Assembly (NCBI RefSeq): GCF_000284455.1
Contig: NC_017039.1
Coordinates: 2,640,001 to 2,672,000, forward strand
Length of the DNA stretch: 32,000 nucleotides
Direction: 5' to 3'
From: Synechocystis sp. PCC 6803 substr. PCC-P
Lineage (GTDB): Bacteria; Cyanobacteriota; Cyanobacteriia; Cyanobacteriales; Microcystaceae
Shown: positions 9,693 to 19,785 of the stretch, piece by piece
How positions within the stretch are numbered: position 1 is the first letter of the stretch
How the letters are laid out: every line of letters starts with the position of its first letter
The notes under the pieces: model-generated
Told to the model about the DNA's origin: nothing
The model's database searches: none
What the model saw: the letters and a program-made list of their open reading frames with translations, nothing else
Program-made: the position numbers and the translations under genes

Positions 9693-10778
9693 TTAACTTT
9701 CCTTCCAAGGTAGCAGGGGAGTGGGGGGAGTCAACCCTAGGTGTTCATAGGCGGCGGTGGTGGCAATGCGGCCTCGACTGGTGCGGGCCAGGTAACCAAT
9801 TTGTAGCAGGTAGGGTTCGTACACTTCCTCAATGGTTTTGGCATCTTCCCCTGTGGCAGCGGCGATCGCCTCTAGGCCGGTGGGGCCTCCCTGGAATTGT
9901 TCAATTAAAGTTTGTAAAACTAAGCGGTCTGTCCAATCCAAACCCCGTTTATCCACTTGGTATAAATCCAATGCTTCCGACGCAAGGGCAGGGTCAATTT
10001 CCGGCTGTTGTTTAACCTGGGCGTAATCCCGCACCCTTTTCAGTAAACGGTTGGCAATGCGGGGAGTTCCCCTGGCTCTCATGGCGATCGCCTCGGCCCC
10101 TGTGGGGGAAATAGATACGGATAAAATACCAGCGGTGCGGAGGATAATTTGTTGCAACTCATCAACCTCGTAAAATCTCAATCTTTGAATTAAGCCAAAC
10201 CGATCCCGCAGCGGCGAAGTCAAAGAACCTACTTTGGTGGTAGCCCCCACAAGAGTAAAGTGGGCTAACTTTAAACTGCGGACTTTGGCGCTTTGGCCTT
10301 TGCCCATAGTGATGTCCAAACGAAAATCCTCCATGGCAGGGTAGAGCAATTCCTCGGTTAGGCGATTTAAACGGTGAATTTCGTCGATAAACAAAATATC
10401 CCCCGGTTGCAGAGCCAATAGTAGCCCCGTAATATCCCTGGGACGTTCTAACGCCGGAGCCGCAGTAATTTTGCAACGTACCTGCATTTCCTCCGCCAAA
10501 ATTAGAGCTAGGGTGGTTTTGCCCAACCCCGGTGGGCCGTATAACAGCAGATGGTCGATCGCCTCTTGCCTACCTTGGGCCGCTTGGATAGCAATGCGCA
10601 ACACTTCCTTGAGATCCCGTTGGCCAATGTAATCCGCTAACCGTTGGGGCCTGAGGGATGCCTCTTGCTGTTCTAACTCTGGGCTGGTACTGCGTTCCTG
10701 GGGAATAACTTCCGGGGAAAGGAGATCGGATTTAACGTTGGGAGAAAGATTATTGTTGCCGGAACGTTTAATGGCCAT
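9693..10778 (-). CDS. ruvB: Holliday junction branch-migration ATPase RuvB
   Basis: [27 protein letters not shown]...[22 protein letters not shown]...[26 protein letters not shown]...[20 protein letters not shown]. Confidence 0.98.
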   Translation of the reverse strand: MAIKRSGNNNLSPNVKSDLLSPEVIPQERSTSPELEQQEASLRPQRLADYIGQRDLKEVLRIAIQAAQGRQEAIDHLLLYGPPGLGKTTLALILAEEMQVRCKITAAPALERPRDITGLLLALQPGDILFIDEIHRLNRLTEELLYPAMEDFRLDITMGKGQSAKVRSLKLAHFTLVGATTKVGSLTSPLRDRFGLIQRLRFYEVDELQQIILRTAGILSVSISPTGAEAIAMRARGTPRIANRLLKRVRDYAQVKQQPEIDPALASEALDLYQVDKRGLDWTDRLVLQTLIEQFQGGPTGLEAIAAATGEDAKTIEEVYEPYLLQIGYLARTSRGRIATTAAYEHLGLTPPTPLLPWKES

Positions 10779-10979
10779 GGCGCAGGGAAAAGGAAAGGCT
10801 CAGCTTGAGTCGGTTCTAGTCAGTATCCCCCCATCCTACATTGGCGATCGCCGCCGGGTTGTTCGGAACATCCCAGCAAAAAAGCCTCCAGCCCTCGATA
10901 ATCCGCTAACCTGAAATTAGGTACTTCTCCCCCATTTACCCAAGGCGTTAAAGCATTCAGGGGTTGATTTTTTAAGGTT

Positions 10980-12950
10980 ATGCAAACAACCAGTGACGTT
11001 CTCATTATTGGCGGTGGCATCATCGGTTTGGCGATCGCCGTGGAACTGAAATTAAAGCAAAAGCGGTTGCAGGTCACAGTGCTGAGTCGGGATTTTGCCC
11101 AGGCGGCCAGCCATGCGGCGGCGGGAATGTTAGCCCCCCATGCGGAACAAATCGCCCCAGGCCCCATGCTGGATCTATGTTTGGCTTCCCGCTGGCGTTA
11201 CGGGGAATGGGTGGAAAAACTGGAACAGTTAACAGGCATGGAAACGGGTTATAACCCCTGTGGCATCCTCTCCCCCGTGTTTGAAGCGCCCCATGGCAAT
11301 AGTTCCACTAATTCTGCCTGGTTAGACCAGGAAACCATTCGATACTATCAACCAGGGCTGGGGGAAGACGTAATTGGTGGTTGGTGGCATCCCGACGATG
11401 GCCAAGTGGATAACCGCAAACTGGTCAGTGCTCTGCGGCAAGCGGCCCAATCCCTGGGAGTACAAATTCAAGAAGGGGTCACCGTCCAGGCGATCGCCCA
11501 ACGTCATGGCCAAGTGACTGCGGTGCTAACGGATCAGGGTTCTTTCCAAGCAGATAGCTACGTGTTGGCCAACGGCTCCTGGGCCAAGGAATTACTGCCC
11601 CTGCCGGTATTCCCAGTTAAAGGTCAAATGATGGCCCTGCGGATGCCAGCGGGAACTCACCAGCCCTATCCTTTGCAACGGGTACTTTTTGGTCCCCAAA
11701 CCTATCTGGTGCCCCGGCGGGATGGCCGCTTAATTGTGGGGGCAACTTCGGAGCAGGTGGACTGGCAGCCCCATAATACGCCCCAGGGCATTCAAACCCT
11801 ATTAGGTCGAGCCATTAGACTTTTCCCGGCCCTAGGCGATTGGGCCATTGAGGATTTTTGGTGGGGATTTCGCCCCGGCACCCCCGATGAACAGCCTTTC
11901 TTGGGCTATGGCCCCTGTGATAATCTCATTTTGGCGATCGGTCATTACCGCAACGGCATTTTGCTCGCCCCCATCACCGCCGCTTTGATTAGCGATTTAA
12001 TCCTCGACCAGAAGGTTTCTCCCCTCATCCATGCCTTTAGTCCCCAACGTTTTCTAACAACTACCAATCCCCCTGTACTGTCCTGCCGCCCTATGACTGC
12101 TGTATTTCCTTCCATTGCCAACCCTTCCCTGCCCCATGCCGCTGAAAATTCAGAGGGCAGTAAAGATTTGCTAGAAATTGCTGGCCGTAAATTCCACTCC
12201 CGCCTAATGACGGGCACCGGCAAATATCCTTCCCTCACCACCATGCAGGAAAGCGTCGCTAGCAGTGGTTGTCAGATTGTCACCGTGGCAGTGCGCCGAG
12301 TACAAACCAATGCCCCAGGCCACGAGGGATTAGCGGAAGCCATTGATTGGTCCACCATTTGGATGCTCCCCAACACCGCTGGTTGTCAAACGGCCGAGGA
12401 AGCTATTCGGGTAGCCCGGTTGGGAAGGGAAATGGCTAAGTTACTGGGCCAGGAAGATAATAATTTCATCAAGCTAGAAGTCATTCCCGATACCCAATAC
12501 CTCTTACCAGACCCCATTGGCACCCTCGAGGCGGCAGAACAGTTGGTTAAGGAAGGTTTTGCCGTACTGCCCTATATCAACGCTGATCCCTTATTGGCGA
12601 AAAGGCTGGAAGAAGTGGGCTGTGCCACTGTGATGCCCCTTGGTTCCCCCATCGGTTCTGGGCAGGGTATCCGTAACGCCGCCAACATTGGCATCATTAT
12701 TGAGAATGCCAAGGTTCCCGTGGTGGTGGATGCGGGCATTGGCACCCCCAGTGAAGCAGCCCAAGCAATGGAAATGGGCGCTGATGCGGTGTTGATCAAC
12801 AGTGCGATCGCCATGGCGGCCAATCCCGTGGCCATGGCCCAGGCTATGGGAATGGCTACCCAAGCAGGGAGGCTCGCCTATCTGTCGGGCAGAATGCCCA
12901 TTAAAGCCAAGGCCAATGCCAGTTCTCCCCTCACGGGCCTAGTGGGTTAG
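10980..12950 (+). CDS. thiG: Bifunctional ThiO (FAD-dependent glycine oxidase) - ThiG (thiazole synthase) fusion
   Basis: N-terminal half: [21 protein letters not shown]...[17 protein letters not shown] (DAO/ThiO). C-terminal half from about 12167: [20 protein letters not shown]...[32 protein letters not shown]...[30 protein letters not shown] (ThiG). It is one continuous frame of 656 aa. Confidence 0.97.
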   Translation: MQTTSDVLIIGGGIIGLAIAVELKLKQKRLQVTVLSRDFAQAASHAAAGMLAPHAEQIAPGPMLDLCLASRWRYGEWVEKLEQLTGMETGYNPCGILSPVFEAPHGNSSTNSAWLDQETIRYYQPGLGEDVIGGWWHPDDGQVDNRKLVSALRQAAQSLGVQIQEGVTVQAIAQRHGQVTAVLTDQGSFQADSYVLANGSWAKELLPLPVFPVKGQMMALRMPAGTHQPYPLQRVLFGPQTYLVPRRDGRLIVGATSEQVDWQPHNTPQGIQTLLGRAIRLFPALGDWAIEDFWWGFRPGTPDEQPFLGYGPCDNLILAIGHYRNGILLAPITAALISDLILDQKVSPLIHAFSPQRFLTTTNPPVLSCRPMTAVFPSIANPSLPHAAENSEGSKDLLEIAGRKFHSRLMTGTGKYPSLTTMQESVASSGCQIVTVAVRRVQTNAPGHEGLAEAIDWSTIWMLPNTAGCQTAEEAIRVARLGREMAKLLGQEDNNFIKLEVIPDTQYLLPDPIGTLEAAEQLVKEGFAVLPYINADPLLAKRLEEVGCATVMPLGSPIGSGQGIRNAANIGIIIENAKVPVVVDAGIGTPSEAAQAMEMGADAVLINSAIAMAANPVAMAQAMGMATQAGRLAYLSGRMPIKAKANASSPLTGLVG

Positions 12951-12980
12951 GAGATTTTCCGGATCAAAAGTCCCAAACTC

Positions 12981-13082
12981 TTAGAGCGTGTTTGAAAAGT
13001 CGGCATAATTGGGAAAAATGGTGAAGAATATAGAATTTTCACCATTTTCCATTCTTCACCCTACTTTTCAAACATATTCTTA
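12981..13082. mobile_element. Putative MITE or IS-end-derived non-autonomous element (~102 bp)
   Basis: TTAGAGCGTGTTTGAAAAGT at 12981-13000 opposes ACTTTTCAAACATATTCTTA at 13063-13082. The innermost 12 bp (TGTTTGAAAAGT / ACTTTTCAAACA) are perfect inverted repeats. The interior has nested inverted repeats and no ORF. Confidence 0.55.
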
Positions 13083-13285
13083 ACTAATGAGAACTTTTAA
13101 AAACAGCAACAAAAAAATACTCAACAATTCAGGCACAGGAAATCCCAACAATAAAGCGTTCATTAGCCACTAAAATTACCTTGCAGCTATCGAAACTTGC
13201 TTTGCAAATCGGCGAGCTGGGGCGATCGCCAAGGACAGGTGGCGACCCGTTAAACTTGAGTCAAGACAAATAATCCCGAATAACT

Positions 13286-13864
13286 ATGGCAACTACCGCT
13301 GATGAAGTTTGGCAATTGCTTGGAGAACTGATCCAGTCCCAGAAAGAAACGGAACGGCGTTTGCAAGAAACTGAACGTTTACTGAAAGAACAGTCCCAAA
13401 AAACTGATCGCCAAATTCAAGAGTTGAGTAAACAAATTGGTGGTCTAGGCAAAAAATTCGGCAGCTTTACTGAAGGGCTGGCCTTGCCTTCCATGGAAAC
13501 TATCCTCTACGAAAAATTTGCCATGGAAGTGGTGACCCCCAGCGTCCGAGTGAGCAAGCGGGGCAAACATATTGAATTAGATGTGCTGGCCTATGCCAAT
13601 GGAGAGGTGAACACCGCCATTGTGGTAGAGGTTAAAAGCCATGCCCGCCAGGAATCCATCGGTCAATTAATTACCCACCTGCAAAGCTTTCGGGAATTTT
13701 TTCCTGAGCATGGAGACAAAAAACTCTATGGCATCCTCGCCGCCGTAGATTTGTCCAATGCCCTGCGGGAAGAAGTGTTAAAAGCTGGATTATACGTCGC
13801 CCGCATTCGGGGAGAAATTTTTGAACTCGATACTCCCCCCACTTTTCAGCCCAAAGCTTGGTAG
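13286..13864 (+). CDS. Hypothetical protein, coiled-coil N-terminus plus PD-(D/E)XK nuclease-like domain (DUF3782-like)
   Basis: N-terminal QKETERRLQETERLLKEQSQKTDRQIQELSKQIGGLG coiled coil, then HIELDVLAYANGEVNTAIVVEVKSHARQESIGQLITHL, which fits a D...ExK nuclease-superfamily core. Confidence 0.75.
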   Translation: MATTADEVWQLLGELIQSQKETERRLQETERLLKEQSQKTDRQIQELSKQIGGLGKKFGSFTEGLALPSMETILYEKFAMEVVTPSVRVSKRGKHIELDVLAYANGEVNTAIVVEVKSHARQESIGQLITHLQSFREFFPEHGDKKLYGILAAVDLSNALREEVLKAGLYVARIRGEIFELDTPPTFQPKAW

Positions 13865-13965
13865 GGAGAATTTCTACCTCTACCCATGGATAACCGCCAT
13901 AAACTTTCTGCCCCTAATCCTGCTATAGAATTCAGTAGTAGAATCAAATTTAGATTTATTTATTC

Positions 13966-14904
13966 ATGGCCCTTCCCTTTGACCTGGAGCAAACTTGGCT
14001 CTATCCCCTGCCCGAATTTAGTTTGATTGCATTACAAGGGGAAGACCGGCGGCGCTTTTTACACAACCAAACCACCAACGCAGTGGAAGCTAGGGCTGTG
14101 GGGGAATGGTTTGAAACCGTATTCGTCAACTCCACCGGCAGAACCTTAGAACTTGCCACGGTCTATGTACGTCAAGACTCCCTTTGGCTTCAAGTGGAAG
14201 CCGGGCAAAAAGATTTCCTCTGGCAATGGATGGACCGATTTATTTTCCCCTTTGACAAAGTGGAACTGCGGGATTTATCTGCCCATTATCGGGCGGTGGT
14301 GCTGTTGGGGGAAAAGGTTGAAGAGCATAATTTAGGTTGGCAATTGCCCACTGGGAACCAATGGTTAGCCCAATCGGTGCAGGGAGTTGAATTGCTCATT
14401 TCCGCCCAAACGGGGTTGGATTTGCCCGGTTATACGGTGATTTTTCCTGCGGATCAACAGGAATTGGTTAATCAACTTTGGGGGCATTTACCCCTAATCA
14501 ACCCAGACCAATGGGAAAGTTTGCGTATTTACCAGGGCAGACCCCAAGCAGGGAAAGAATTAACAGAGGACTACAATCCCCTCGAAGCGGGTTTGTGGCG
14601 AGCGATCTCTTTTACTAAAGGTTGTTACATTGGGCAGGAAACCATTGCCCGTTTGAATACTTACCAAGGCGTCAAACAAAGGTTGTGGCGCATTACCCTT
14701 GATCGCCAGGCGGAAGCGGGAACGGTGATTACCCTAGAAGGACAAAAGGTGGGCATTTTAACCAGTGTGAAAGGATTGACGGGGTTGGGTTACCTCAAAA
14801 CTAAGTTGGTTGATCAGGGCATGACAGTGCAGTTGGGAGAGGCGATCGCCACGGTAGAAAAACCACCCTACCTGAGCCACCAATATTACCAAGGGCCCAG
14901 TTAG
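13966..14904 (+). CDS. YgfZ/GcvT-like folate-binding protein
   Basis: LQGEDRRRFLHNQTTNAV near the N-terminus and the YgfZ signature KGCYIGQETIARL. Confidence 0.9.
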   Translation: MALPFDLEQTWLYPLPEFSLIALQGEDRRRFLHNQTTNAVEARAVGEWFETVFVNSTGRTLELATVYVRQDSLWLQVEAGQKDFLWQWMDRFIFPFDKVELRDLSAHYRAVVLLGEKVEEHNLGWQLPTGNQWLAQSVQGVELLISAQTGLDLPGYTVIFPADQQELVNQLWGHLPLINPDQWESLRIYQGRPQAGKELTEDYNPLEAGLWRAISFTKGCYIGQETIARLNTYQGVKQRLWRITLDRQAEAGTVITLEGQKVGILTSVKGLTGLGYLKTKLVDQGMTVQLGEAIATVEKPPYLSHQYYQGPS

Positions 14905-14974
14905 ATCCCAGCACAAAAGTTTTTCCGCTCAAAAGTCAAATTGATCGGGCAAGTTTGCAAGGACTAGAAGCCTG

Positions 14975-15421
14975 TCAAAAGTCTTCTTGGTCAGTCTGGA
15001 CATCAAACCTGGCTGCTAACACCTCTGCTACCGCTTCTTCCAAATCCAGAGGTATAAGTTGGCCATGATTTTCCCTTGGGCTGAGCCAACCATCCAAGGG
15101 CATCAGTCGTAACTGCCGACTTTCTTGCCAGAGGTCCATAACAGTTTTTCCCTGGTTATCAAGGCTAATTTCCAGATAATCAAAGCTGTTGACGTTGAGA
15201 TAAAGGGATTGATTGGTAACAACGGTAGCCTGTTGAGCATCGCTAAACACATCTAGGATCCAACCCTGGCCTTCGGCCTGGGATATGCCATCCAATTGAT
15301 AGTAGTAATTAACCTGTCCTAAATCGTTTAGGGCCCGTTGCATATCTTCTTTGTTGACCAAAATACCCTGTTCTATCACACAGGGAGCCGGCAGGGGGAG
15401 GGGATGAAATTCAGGATTCAT
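14975..15421 (-). CDS. Conserved-looking cyanobacterial hypothetical protein
   Basis: 148-aa ORF with balanced composition between convergent or same-direction gene neighbours. No recognised motif. Confidence 0.65.
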   Translation of the reverse strand: MNPEFHPLPLPAPCVIEQGILVNKEDMQRALNDLGQVNYYYQLDGISQAEGQGWILDVFSDAQQATVVTNQSLYLNVNSFDYLEISLDNQGKTVMDLWQESRQLRLMPLDGWLSPRENHGQLIPLDLEEAVAEVLAARFDVQTDQEDF

Positions 15422-15676
15422 GGGGGTGAGGGCGGGGTAAAAAGCTTGGTCAGTCGGTTGAAGCTAAATATTTACGATTATTAATTCCACCAGGATTACT
15501 AACAAAAATCACGTAAAAGTATTAGTCTAGATGGGGAATTTTAGTTTTGGGTTGCCAAGCCGTCGGTGGAGCGATTTGATTGATCCCCGCTTCAATTTTG
15601 ATCTTAGCCCAAGAATTCGTAACTAGATTTTAAGTTTTTGCTGAGTGGCAACTTCTTACCCTGGGAATGGTGATTT

Positions 15677-16459
15677 ATGGAATGGTGGCGTCGCTGGTAT
15701 TTTCTCTGGGGCGGAGATAGTGTGGGGGCGGCCATTCTGTTTTACACTCGTTTGCCCTGGCCTCCGAGCTGGCCAGTAAATTTTGACCGTATTGCCCGTT
15801 GGATAACCCTAATGGGACTTTTGCTGTCCCTAATTTTGCTGGCGTTAGATCGAGGCTTACATTGGTTGGGCATGGACAACCTATTGCAATCAGCCGTTGT
15901 GGTTAGCCTTTGGTTAGCTTTGACCGGGGGGCTCCATTTGGACGGGGTAGCGGATACGGCCGATGGTTTAGCGGTGACCAATCCCAGCAAACGCTTAGCG
16001 GTAATGCAAGACAGTTATACGGGGGCCTATGGCGTGATGGCGATCGCCGTGGTTTTATTGCTAAAAACCTTTGCCTTGGCTAGTTTTAGTGACCATGGTT
16101 TAGCAAGCTGGGCCCTTATCATGGCTTTGGGGTGGGGCCGTTGGGGCCAACTGTTGGCGATCGCCCTTTATCCTTACCTGAGAGAAAACGGCAAAGGTGC
16201 CATGCATAAACGCAATTTAAAATTAAGGCCCGATTTGCTGCTGGGCACAATGATTATTGTCTTTGGGGGAGTGGGCATGGGTTACGCCCTAGCCATTGAG
16301 CCTTGGTTGATTCTGGGGGCTACGGGGAGTTCGGCACTAATAGCCTGGGCCGTGGGGCGGTGGTTTGCTCAACAATTTAAAGGTCACACGGGGGACACCT
16401 ATGGCGCAGTGGTGGAATGGAGTGAAGTATTGATTTTGCTAGGTTTGTCCTTGGTTTAA
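15677..16459 (+). CDS. cobS: Adenosylcobinamide-GDP ribazoletransferase (cobalamin synthase)
   Basis: AAILFYTRLPWPP, ALTGGLHLDGVADTADGLAV, KRLAVMQDSYTGAYGVMAIAVVLLLKTFAL and QQFKGHTGDTYGAVVEWSEVLILL are CobS motifs in a polytopic membrane protein. Confidence 0.96.
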   Translation: MEWWRRWYFLWGGDSVGAAILFYTRLPWPPSWPVNFDRIARWITLMGLLLSLILLALDRGLHWLGMDNLLQSAVVVSLWLALTGGLHLDGVADTADGLAVTNPSKRLAVMQDSYTGAYGVMAIAVVLLLKTFALASFSDHGLASWALIMALGWGRWGQLLAIALYPYLRENGKGAMHKRNLKLRPDLLLGTMIIVFGGVGMGYALAIEPWLILGATGSSALIAWAVGRWFAQQFKGHTGDTYGAVVEWSEVLILLGLSLV

Positions 16460-16564
16460 AGGTTTGAGCCATCTCAATGGCGGTTAATTTTGCCCCGCCA
16501 TGGGATTATGACCAGTATCAAAGTGAATCGGCGATAATTGTCCTAAATTTTGCAGGAGTAGACA

Positions 16565-16768
16565 TTGGCAGAAAAACGGAAAAAACGGCGATCATCCTCT
16601 TCTTTGTTTGGAAAACCCCTATTGGGTTTGGTAGGATTGACCCTAGCGTTATATTTGTTGAGGGGCTGGGGGATTATTACCTTTTTACCTGGGGGAATCT
16701 TCCTTGGCATGGCCGCCCTCACGGTCTTGGTGGCCCTGTTGTACGGCTGGGAATTGACTAGCCGTTAG
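16565..16768 (+). CDS. Small hypothetical membrane protein
   Basis: 67 aa: basic N-terminus (MAEKRKKRRSSSSL) followed by two hydrophobic segments. Preferred over the overlapping ORF 16477-16761. Confidence 0.55.
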   Translation: MAEKRKKRRSSSSLFGKPLLGLVGLTLALYLLRGWGIITFLPGGIFLGMAALTVLVALLYGWELTSR

Positions 16769-16906
16769 GTCAATGTTGGTAATGCTGGGGTAAAATTCAG
16801 ACCGCAAACTGTTGTGATCATTGCCGCAGGTTTGTTCGTTTTTGCTTAACATTTAACTCTGTTTCCGATTCGATTCATCTAAATCTGGTTCAATTGCTGA
16901 GTTGCC

Positions 16907-17692
16907 ATGACTGGAAAAGTTGCCGAAAGTGATCCCAAAGGACTGTTAGTACTGATTCTGCCCCTGGCCGTGGCGATGGTTTTTATCTACAAAACCTGGC
17001 GGTGGATTTTGTTCGGTCTCACCTTGGCGATCGCCTGGGTGGCCTGGGACAATTATCAATGGCAACAGAAATGCATCGCCATCGACCCCCTGTTCAATCA
17101 ACTGGTGCAAAAAAATCAGGGCATCATCACCAAGGCAGATTTGATTGATGCGGGCATTGCCAAAGGTCGGGCAGCCCAACGTTATCTGGATGACAAGGTG
17201 GCGGAGTATGGCCCCTACGAAAAACAGGTGGGGCAAGCGAAAGTTTACTACTTTATTTCTTCCTCTACCCTAGGCGACATTTTTGACGACAGTGAACCGG
17301 AATTGGAAGAGCCTGCCCCCAGCTCTCGCCAGTTAGCCGCTACCACCGCTCCGGTGGTGGACCATCCCCTAGTACCTCCCCAGGAAGAATTGATGGCGGC
17401 CCCGGTTGGTCAAAGTCCTTTCTCCCAATTGGCGGAAATTAAGGAAGCCCGTAAGCACCAGGAAGAGGAGAAGACGGCCGAAGCCACGGAATCCACTCCA
17501 GCAGAAACTACCCCAAGCAATTCCGCCCTGACCTTGATCCAATCGGAATTAGCCAAGCGCCTAGACACCACCTCCAGCACCCTAGCCCGGCGCAAAAACG
17601 AAGATAATTTTGCCGACTGGAGTCAAACTAGGGACCCCGATGGCCTGGCTTGGAGCTATGATCCAGAGTCCAAATTATTCGTCACCATCTAG
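16907..17692 (+). CDS. Hypothetical membrane protein with a proline/threonine-rich C-terminal region
   Basis: Two N-terminal TM-like segments (LVLILPLAVAMVFIY, WILFGLTLAIAWVAWDNY), then a soluble domain (NQGIITKADLIDAGIAKGRAAQRYLDDKV) and a low-complexity tail. Confidence 0.75.
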   Translation: MTGKVAESDPKGLLVLILPLAVAMVFIYKTWRWILFGLTLAIAWVAWDNYQWQQKCIAIDPLFNQLVQKNQGIITKADLIDAGIAKGRAAQRYLDDKVAEYGPYEKQVGQAKVYYFISSSTLGDIFDDSEPELEEPAPSSRQLAATTAPVVDHPLVPPQEELMAAPVGQSPFSQLAEIKEARKHQEEEKTAEATESTPAETTPSNSALTLIQSELAKRLDTTSSTLARRKNEDNFADWSQTRDPDGLAWSYDPESKLFVTI

Positions 17693-17731
17693 TCCTTTAG
17701 TAATCATTTAGCATCAAGTTGTTGGCTTTCT

Positions 17732-18631
17732 ATGACCATTACTTTCCAAGCTGTTATCGCCAAGTTGAACGAATTTTGGGCCCAGCAAGGTTGCCTCATT
17801 GCCCAACCCTTTGACACGGAAAAAGGCGCTGGCACCATGAATCCCCACACCTTTCTACGGGCGATCGGGCCGGAACCTTGGTCAGTGGCCTATGTGGAGC
17901 CCTGTCGCCGGCCCACCGATGGCCGCTATGGAGAAAATCCCAACCGGGTACAGCACTATTTCCAGTATCAGGTGTTAATTAAGCCTTCCCCGGACAATAT
18001 TCAGGAAGTGTATCTTGATTCCCTACGGGCCCTGGGTATTCAGCCCGAGGATCACGACATTCGTTTTGTGGAAGATAACTGGGAATCCCCAACCCTGGGG
18101 GCCTGGGGCGTAGGCTGGGAAGTGTGGCTCGACGGCATGGAAGTGACCCAATTTACCTATTTTCAGCAATGTGGTGGCATTGACTGTCGCCCCGTTTCCA
18201 TCGAGATTACCTATGGCTTGGAACGGTTGGCCATGTATCTGCAAAATGTGGAGGCGATCGACCAAATTCAGTGGAATGAAAAGCTCAGCTACGGGGATAT
18301 TTTCTGGCAGGGAGAAGTAGAGCAGTGTACCTATAATTTTGAAGCGTCTAACCCCGATTTATTATTTCAATTGTTTGCCCTTTACGAACAGGAAGCAGGG
18401 CAGTTAATCGAACGGGGTTTAGCTTTGCCCAGTTTGGAATATGTCCTGAAATGCTCCCATGCGTTTAATTTACTCGACGCGAGGGGAGTAATTGCCGTGA
18501 CTGAGCGCACCCGTTACATTGGTCGCATTCGTAACTTGGCTAGGGAAGTGGCCCATATTTATTTACAACAACGGGAAGCCCTAGGTTTTCCCTTGGATAA
18601 AAAAGTAGATAAACCAATTTCCCTCGTATAG
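17732..18631 (+). CDS. glyQ: Glycyl-tRNA synthetase alpha subunit
   Basis: [87 protein letters not shown] is nearly canonical GlyQ. Confidence 0.98.
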   Translation: MTITFQAVIAKLNEFWAQQGCLIAQPFDTEKGAGTMNPHTFLRAIGPEPWSVAYVEPCRRPTDGRYGENPNRVQHYFQYQVLIKPSPDNIQEVYLDSLRALGIQPEDHDIRFVEDNWESPTLGAWGVGWEVWLDGMEVTQFTYFQQCGGIDCRPVSIEITYGLERLAMYLQNVEAIDQIQWNEKLSYGDIFWQGEVEQCTYNFEASNPDLLFQLFALYEQEAGQLIERGLALPSLEYVLKCSHAFNLLDARGVIAVTERTRYIGRIRNLAREVAHIYLQQREALGFPLDKKVDKPISLV

Positions 18632-18680
18632 GCTGATTTAAAAACTTAAATTACCGCCCAGCCTGTCCCCTACACCATTA

Positions 18681-19571
18681 ATGGTGAATTTGTTGTTTCT
18701 TTTTTTCATTATGTCCTTTTTCCCAAATAATATTTTCGATTATGATCAACAAGCAATTACTGATTTACTAATTACTGCTTCTCTGAAAATTCTCTTTGCG
18801 CTAGCAATTTTATTAATTGGCTTTTGGTTATCGAAAAGACTACAAAAGCTAATTATTAGAGCCTTAAGAAAATCCAATCTGGAGCCAACTTTTATTTCCT
18901 TTGCGGGCAATATCAGTTACTACCTACTTTTGGTTGTGTTCTTTGTGCTCTGTTTAGCCCAACTAGGCATTCAAACTAGTTCCCTCGTCGCTCTTTTGGG
19001 GGCTTCCACCCTGGCGATCGGTTTAGCTCTGCAGGGTTCCCTCGCTAACGTGGCAGGGGGTATTTTGCTGGTGTTGTTTAATTATTTTCGGGTGGGGGAA
19101 AGGATCGAAGTTGCTGGCATTGAAGGGATCGTGGAGTCGATTGAGATACTTTCGACTACCATTTGTACCTACGACAATCGCTTGGTGACTATTCCCAATA
19201 AACAAATCATTGAAAATAATATTATTAACCATGTGGGTAAGCCCGAGCGCCGCATAGATTTAGTCATTGGGGTGGGGTACGAGGAAGATATTGACCATGT
19301 ACGGTCTTCTTTACAGTGGGTAATTGATCAAAATAGTGAAGTTTGCACAGAACCAGCCCCTACCATTGCCCTGGGGGAATTAGGAGATAGCAGTGTTAAT
19401 TTCTACGTGCGTCCCTGGGTAAAATCTGAAGATTACTTCCGCCTCAAATTGCAATTAACCGAAGCAATTAAACGGAAGCTAGACGAAGAAAATATTTCCA
19501 TTCCTTTCCCCCAGCGGGACGTACATTTAATTCAACCAGAAACAAAGGAGTTGGATATTAAAGCGGCTTAA
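18681..19571 (+). CDS. MscS-family small-conductance mechanosensitive channel
   Basis: ASTLAIGLALQGSLANVAGGILLVLFNYFRVGERIEVAGIEGIVESIEILSTTICTYDNRLVTIPNKQIIENNIINH is a TM3/beta-domain signature. Confidence 0.95.
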   Translation: MVNLLFLFFIMSFFPNNIFDYDQQAITDLLITASLKILFALAILLIGFWLSKRLQKLIIRALRKSNLEPTFISFAGNISYYLLLVVFFVLCLAQLGIQTSSLVALLGASTLAIGLALQGSLANVAGGILLVLFNYFRVGERIEVAGIEGIVESIEILSTTICTYDNRLVTIPNKQIIENNIINHVGKPERRIDLVIGVGYEEDIDHVRSSLQWVIDQNSEVCTEPAPTIALGELGDSSVNFYVRPWVKSEDYFRLKLQLTEAIKRKLDEENISIPFPQRDVHLIQPETKELDIKAA

Positions 19572-19785
19572 AAGTTAGCTACATTTCTAAGGTTACTAAG
19601 TAATTAGGGGGAATGACTGAATTTCCCCCATGGTCTCAGTGGGGGATGATAATCGAGGGAGAAAACTTAGTTATTCTGCCCATCTTTATCAGTGAAACTC
19701 CGGTAATTGACAAGTTCCATACAATTTCCCCTTACCATCTGGTACCCAAGGATTTTTGCCACCTCGTCCCAGGACAATTAACGCT

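Noticed and set aside
10779-10979. TPP riboswitch (thi box) upstream of thiO-thiG
   Set aside because: No CTGAGA...GAACCTGATC-like pair was recognised by eye in this leader.
10820-11167. 115-aa minus-strand ORF antisense to the start of thiO-thiG
   Set aside because: It lies largely opposite a well-supported FAD-binding coding sequence, so it is most likely an antisense artefact.
15422-15676. Cobalamin riboswitch upstream of cobS
   Set aside because: Read through for a B12-box-like GCCACTG core and supporting stems. None was recognised by eye, though an Rfam scan would be decisive.
16477-16761. 94-aa plus-strand ORF downstream of cobS
   Set aside because: It overlaps 16565-16768 in another frame. 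The second ORF has a convincing basic N-terminus plus TM layout, while this one reads as an out-of-frame shadow.
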